Shown here in pieces: positions 60,693-64,000 of a stretch of 64,000 nt of DNA. The notes beneath the pieces were generated by a model. That model was not told where the DNA came from. It searched no databases and saw only the letters and a program-made list of their open reading frames with translations. The DNA comes from Candidatus Freyarchaeum deiterrae (lineage in GTDB: Archaea > Asgardarchaeota > Jordiarchaeia > Jordiarchaeales > Jordiarchaeaceae). Position 1 is the stretch's first letter, and each line of letters starts with the position of its first letter. The stretch is taken from assembly GCA_037305845.1 (NCBI GenBank), contig CP147778.1, positions 96,001 through 160,000 on the forward strand. The letters are read 5' to 3'. The translations under genes and the position numbers were made by a program.

Positions 60693-61820
60693 TTATTTTT
60701 GAGTTCTGAAAGAAACGATTGCTCCAAGTGCTACCATTACTACATCGAATCCACCTAATACAGCTAGGTCTACCCACATTGGATTAACCATGTTTCCGAG
60801 TAATAGTGCCTGGGCTATGTTGGCCGTGTTCATGAAACCGAATGATATCACTGTGTTGCCTAGTATAATTCCTTTTAATGCGTCGACGGCGTAACTTAAT
60901 GGGTTATAAAAGTTTAATATTTGGAACCAGGATGGAGTACCGTTTACCGGTAGTATTGTCCCAGGGAGTGATAACGAAAAAGGAGGAATTATAGCTGTAA
61001 GTGTGCTTTCAGTATGGATAAAGTATAGTAACTGGAACAAGGGGGTAATACCGGATATCGGTAGTATTTGGCTCCAAGCTTCCCAGGCTAGTATTACGAA
61101 CCATGATGGTGTAGGTGCTATCGGGAACACTGAGCCACTGGAAAAGAATAGAGGTAAGATAATCAAGTTCATTATAAAGCTGAATGCTTCAAAACTTTTT
61201 ATCCTCGAAGCAATAACTAAACTCATGCTCACGAAACCTATGGCCATTAATAGCATAACCCCTAAGCAGCCGAGGAAAGTACTAGGGGTCATGGGAACGG
61301 CGAATATGAAAGATAGTAATAGAACAATTACTCCCTGAAATACTACGTTAGTAGCTCCGCCAAGCATCTTGCCTGAGAACACCGAAATCCTTCTGATTGG
61401 CGCAATAAGCATTTCCTTCAAAAAGCCGAATTGTCGGTCAAATATTGACCCAACTCCAAAAAAGATAGACCCGAATATCATAGTCATCGCTACGATGCCT
61501 GGAAAGAGGAAGTCCAAGTAGTTGACGCTGCCTGACGAGGATAGGAAGCCCGCAAATCCTAAACCGAATAGTACCAGCCATATTAGAGGAGAAATAATAG
61601 TAATAATTATGCGCGCCCTGTCCCGTATGTATCTTTTAACTTCTCTCAGCCATACCGCGTATGTACCTCGCAGCTCAACACGTGTAGCAAATGTATCTTT
61701 TTCTCCTGCCTTCGCTTTTATTAATTCGTCTTCTTCTTCTTCTTCTTCTATTAATTCTACTTTTTCTTTCGTAACTTTGCTCTTTTTTTCTTTTGCCATT
61801 TTTATTTCGCCTTCTTTCAC
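60693..61820 (-). CDS. ABC-2 type exporter permease (DrrB-like)
   Basis: YLDFLFPG, DRQFGFLKE..AP, NPLSYAVD. Confidence 0.9.
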   Translation of the reverse strand: MKEGEIKMAKEKKSKVTKEKVELIEEEEEEDELIKAKAGEKDTFATRVELRGTYAVWLREVKRYIRDRARIIITIISPLIWLVLFGLGFAGFLSSSGSVNYLDFLFPGIVAMTMIFGSIFFGVGSIFDRQFGFLKEMLIAPIRRISVFSGKMLGGATNVVFQGVIVLLLSFIFAVPMTPSTFLGCLGVMLLMAIGFVSMSLVIASRIKSFEAFSFIMNLIILPLFFSSGSVFPIAPTPSWFVILAWEAWSQILPISGITPLFQLLYFIHTESTLTAIIPPFSLSLPGTILPVNGTPSWFQILNFYNPLSYAVDALKGIILGNTVISFGFMNTANIAQALLLGNMVNPMWVDLAVLGGFDVVMVALGAIVSFRTQK

Positions 61821-61822
61821 AT

Positions 61823-62812
61823 TTAACGGAATCTAGACCTACCAATTTTTGCGTACAATCCGCTTGATGCGGGTGCAGCCTCTTCGCGGATTTCTTTTCC
61901 TGTGTAGAAGAGGAATACATCGTTGAGGGTGGGTTCGTGGAGTGTTAGTGATTGTACACCTATTCCCTGGTCTCTGGCTTCGATGCCGATAGATATTATG
62001 TGTTCCTCACCATTCTCGACAGTTATCTTCACCGAGTCCTCTGTAATCTGTGTGTTTTTCACATAATCAAGTCTGGATACCATGTCAGCCAATTTTTTAG
62101 CAGATTTAGTTTTAACGGTAATCACGTCTCCACCGAGCTGTTTTTTCAGCTCTGACGGGGTTCCCTCAGCCTTTATTTCACCGAGGTCGATTATCGCCAG
62201 TCTGTTGCAGAGTCGATCCGCTTCATCCATGTAGTGGGTGGTTATGATTATGGTCATTTTCTCCTGTTTGGCCAGCTCGTCTATGTAGTCCCATATCTTC
62301 GCACGGGTCTGGGGGTCAAGTCCGATTGTTGGCTCGTCGAGGAAAAGGACTCTGGGCCTGTGTATGAGCCCACGCGCGATTTCGAGACGCCTTCGCATTC
62401 CCCCAGAGTAGGTTCTGACAAGGCTATTGGCTCTGTCTGTGAGTTCGACAAGTTTTAGGGCTTCATCTATTCTCTGTTTTACGTTTTTTTGGGGGACATT
62501 GTAGAGCATTGCGTGTATTTCCATGTTTTCGCGTCCGGTTAGGTTTTCGTCTATGGCGGGGTCTTGGAAGACTACTCCTATTGATTTTCTCACCAGGCTC
62601 TGCTGCTTGACGACGTTGTAGCCGTTCACGTAGGCCGCGCCGGATGTTGGCTCTAGCATGCAGCTCAGCATGGAAAGCAAGGTTGTTTTGCCAGCTCCGT
62701 TTGGACCAAGCAATCCAAATATTTCACCCTCACTAATCTTGAGGTTTACTCCTTTTACGGCGACCAAATCACCATACTTCTTCACAAGATTGCGCGTTAC
62801 TATTATGTTCAT
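61823..62812 (-). CDS. ABC exporter ATP-binding protein (DrrA-like)
   Basis: GPNGAGKT, YSGGMRRR, LFLDEPT, TTHY; start taken at MNIIVT. Confidence 0.93.
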   Translation of the reverse strand: MNIIVTRNLVKKYGDLVAVKGVNLKISEGEIFGLLGPNGAGKTTLLSMLSCMLEPTSGAAYVNGYNVVKQQSLVRKSIGVVFQDPAIDENLTGRENMEIHAMLYNVPQKNVKQRIDEALKLVELTDRANSLVRTYSGGMRRRLEIARGLIHRPRVLFLDEPTIGLDPQTRAKIWDYIDELAKQEKMTIIITTHYMDEADRLCNRLAIIDLGEIKAEGTPSELKKQLGGDVITVKTKSAKKLADMVSRLDYVKNTQITEDSVKITVENGEEHIISIGIEARDQGIGVQSLTLHEPTLNDVFLFYTGKEIREEAAPASSGLYAKIGRSRFR

Positions 62813-63223
62813 AGAGACATCACTACCTTCAATTTTGTTGTGCATTTTCAAATTTATTTTTAAGAGTTTATCAAAAATCTATATTTTGTTTATCTTCCAA
62901 AATTATTAGAGTGATACATTCTCCTTTATTTTGAATGAGTCGATTATCTATTGACAAGCCTCTGTCCTGTATTCTCACAAAGATATCCTTCTAAATGATC
63001 GTTTTCTGAAGACTGTACCGAGCCGATTTCACCATAATGCGATTCAGCTTCGGTTTAGTCTCGTTGGGATGAGTGGACTTGAATTGGGGTGTGTCCATTG
63101 TCCCCAGGTTCACAATTGACATATTGTCGCTCATATACATCACCTACCTGCCAGTGAACTTCTTAACTATATTTTCAATCTTCATTGCAGCATCTTCAAA
63201 AGTCTTCTTAGCTTCCTCGGCAG

Positions 63224-63510
63224 CCTCTTCTGAACCTCTTTTAAACTCAATCCCTTTCCCAAATTCGTAGTGAATTGCTTTGAGGATTGGTCATCGACCC
63301 TTTTCATTGAGACCCGCTCAAACTTGACTTTGGGATTTTAACTTGCAAAATTTCATAACAAATCTAAGCAGCTACGTTTCAATGATTACTAATAAGGGAT
63401 TTGTACCATGATATTATTGTTTTCTACTCGATACCGAGTTATCTTTACCAAACTCTCATTATCCAAATTGAGAATATATAAAGTCAGACCCCATTTTTAG
63501 TATTTTCTCT
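63224..63510 (-). pseudogene. Duplicated 5' end and upstream region of the P-type ATPase gene
   Basis: MKRVDDQSSKQFTTNLGKGLSLKEVQKR versus MKTVDNKSQKQFTTNLESGLSSKEVQKR; homology to 60137-60421. Confidence 0.85.
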
Positions 63511-63720
63511 TCTTTTACTTTGTAGCATAATTAGCTCTGTTTACTTTTGCATTTGTCTCAAAAAAGGGTGCAAAACTTATTTTCTTTCCTCCTCCTATCT
63601 TCTTTCCATTACTGGAGGTCACTAAGAAGCAGTAAGTTTTTAGGAAGCCTCTAAAAGGTAACAGGTGTGTAAATTAATCAAGTTTGAAGGAACCCAAAAA
63701 AAAGAAGGGTGTGAGTGAGT

Positions 63721-64000
63721 TTATCGCTTATTCTCACAGGCGGTAAGTGGTTTCGTGCAGCTAAAGAAGAGAACTCCTCCACCTACAGCGAACACCTGTG
63801 TTGATGTTCCTCCTCTGTGAATCATTAGAATGATTTTTCCGAATTCGCCCTCGCCGTAGTAGAATTCGAATTGCCCCATCTTGATGTGTTTTACAATGTT
63901 CCAAGTAGCTATTTGGTCGCCTACCTGTATTCGAATCATGTGTTCTGAGAGGAATAGGGTAGCGTTCCCTGTGAACCATTGTTTGCCTATTAGAAGACCG
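63721..64000 (-). CDS. 3' part of a hypothetical protein running off the window
   Basis: Frame open from the window end: GLLIGKQWFTGNATLFLSEHMIRIQ...ENKR*. Confidence 0.6.
   Translation of the reverse strand, partial: GLLIGKQWFTGNATLFLSEHMIRIQVGDQIATWNIVKHIKMGQFEFYYGEGEFGKIILMIHRGGTSTQVFAVGGGVLFFSCTKPLTACENKR

Overview
Archaeal accessory/metabolic region. Evidence for Archaea: GGTGA/GAGGTG ribosome-binding sites, TTTAWA TATA boxes and T-tract terminators. The membrane-anchored RING protein points to an Asgard-type lineage, but that is inference. About 45 CDS are present. They cover acyl-CoA metabolism (MaoC pair, AcdA, HADH, AbfD, a disrupted enoyl-CoA hydratase), glycosidases (GH3, GH106), a corrinoid protein plus MtaA/URO-D-family methyltransferases, tandem LLM, hydrolase and flavodoxin duplicates, HicAB, SOD, a P-type H+-ATPase, an ABC-2 exporter and a CBS-HPF protein. 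No rRNA, tRNA, cas gene or CRISPR array was found. Highlights: (1) a ~2,290-aa repeat surface-protein gene is frameshifted by an exact 38-bp repeat / 38-bp unique spacer / 38-bp repeat insertion, the geometry expected from off-target Cas1-Cas2 spacer integration. (2) A receptor-like protein has the layout 2xDUF2341 - TM - zinc ribbon - RING, and a decayed paralog lies at 28.7 kb. (3) An uncharacterised Cys-rich V4R-like family occurs as two A/B pairs. (4) An IS607-like tnpB remnant sits at a GG core inside the hydratase gene. (5) The P-type ATPase carries an in-frame duplication of helix M4. (6) 'Gene - cargo - gene remnant' scars recur through the window. (7) Transcription units show a G/T-to-A/C codon gradient from 5' to 3'. 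All alignments were done by eye and no database searches were run.
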